Source: Podarcis tiliguerta (lineage: Eukaryota). Taken from it: DNA of 64,000 bases. The position numbers and the translations under genes are program-made. The notes under the pieces are model-generated. The model was not told the origin of the DNA and did no database searches. It was given only the letters and a program-made list of their open reading frames with translations. The DNA lies in the NCBI GenBank assembly GCA_965153285.1, contig OZ229111.1. One strand, written 5' to 3'. Below, one piece after another: positions 63,905 through 64,000 of the stretch (position 1 is its first letter; the number at the start of each line of letters is the position of its first letter).

Positions 63905-64000
63905 TACATGTTAACATAGCAGCTGTCTCAGTCTGGGGGGTGGGGAAATGGTTTGAGCTTGAGGATGGAATATATTCAAGCTGTTAAAACTGAATAAACA

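Noticed and set aside
33359-64000. miR-218 hairpin (known to be hosted in SLIT2/SLIT3 introns)
   Set aside because: I did not find the mature sequence TTGTGCTTGATCTAACCATGT. It is expected in a more 3' intron outside this window.
1-64000. CRISPR arrays, operons or other prokaryotic systems
   Set aside because: The sequence is vertebrate (spliceosomal introns, CpG island, LINEs and SINEs). No regularly spaced repeat-spacer array was seen.

Overview
Vertebrate (squamate, probably lacertid lizard; inferred from the repeat families) genomic DNA, not prokaryotic. The only host gene I can support is the 5' end of SLIT3 on the + strand: a TATA-less CpG-island promoter (~32.3-33.6 kb) with a full CRE, CCAAT and GC boxes; coding exon 1 (33171-33358); a 28.7-kb intron 1; and two 72-nt LRR exons (62014-62085, 63493-63564). 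The gene continues past the window. The rest is upstream intergenic or intronic DNA with many transposon remnants: CR1, L2, BovB, Penelope, tRNA- and 5S-derived SINEs, hAT, Tc1/mariner and Harbinger-like MITEs, and solo LTRs. Nearly all ORFs in the supplied track are spurious or TE-derived. The most unusual observation is two distinct solo LTRs (6973-7406 and 21922-22285, each with a perfect 5-bp TSD) and a third decayed candidate (~16437). Each has an open frame starting at LTR base 2. The two intact ones encode a similar acidic-then-basic peptide (VRE...acidic...GTS..VH..basic..LxCWxR), suggesting a protein domain encoded inside the LTR U3 of a retrotransposon lineage. Repeat family names come from my recall of consensus sequences, not from a database search.
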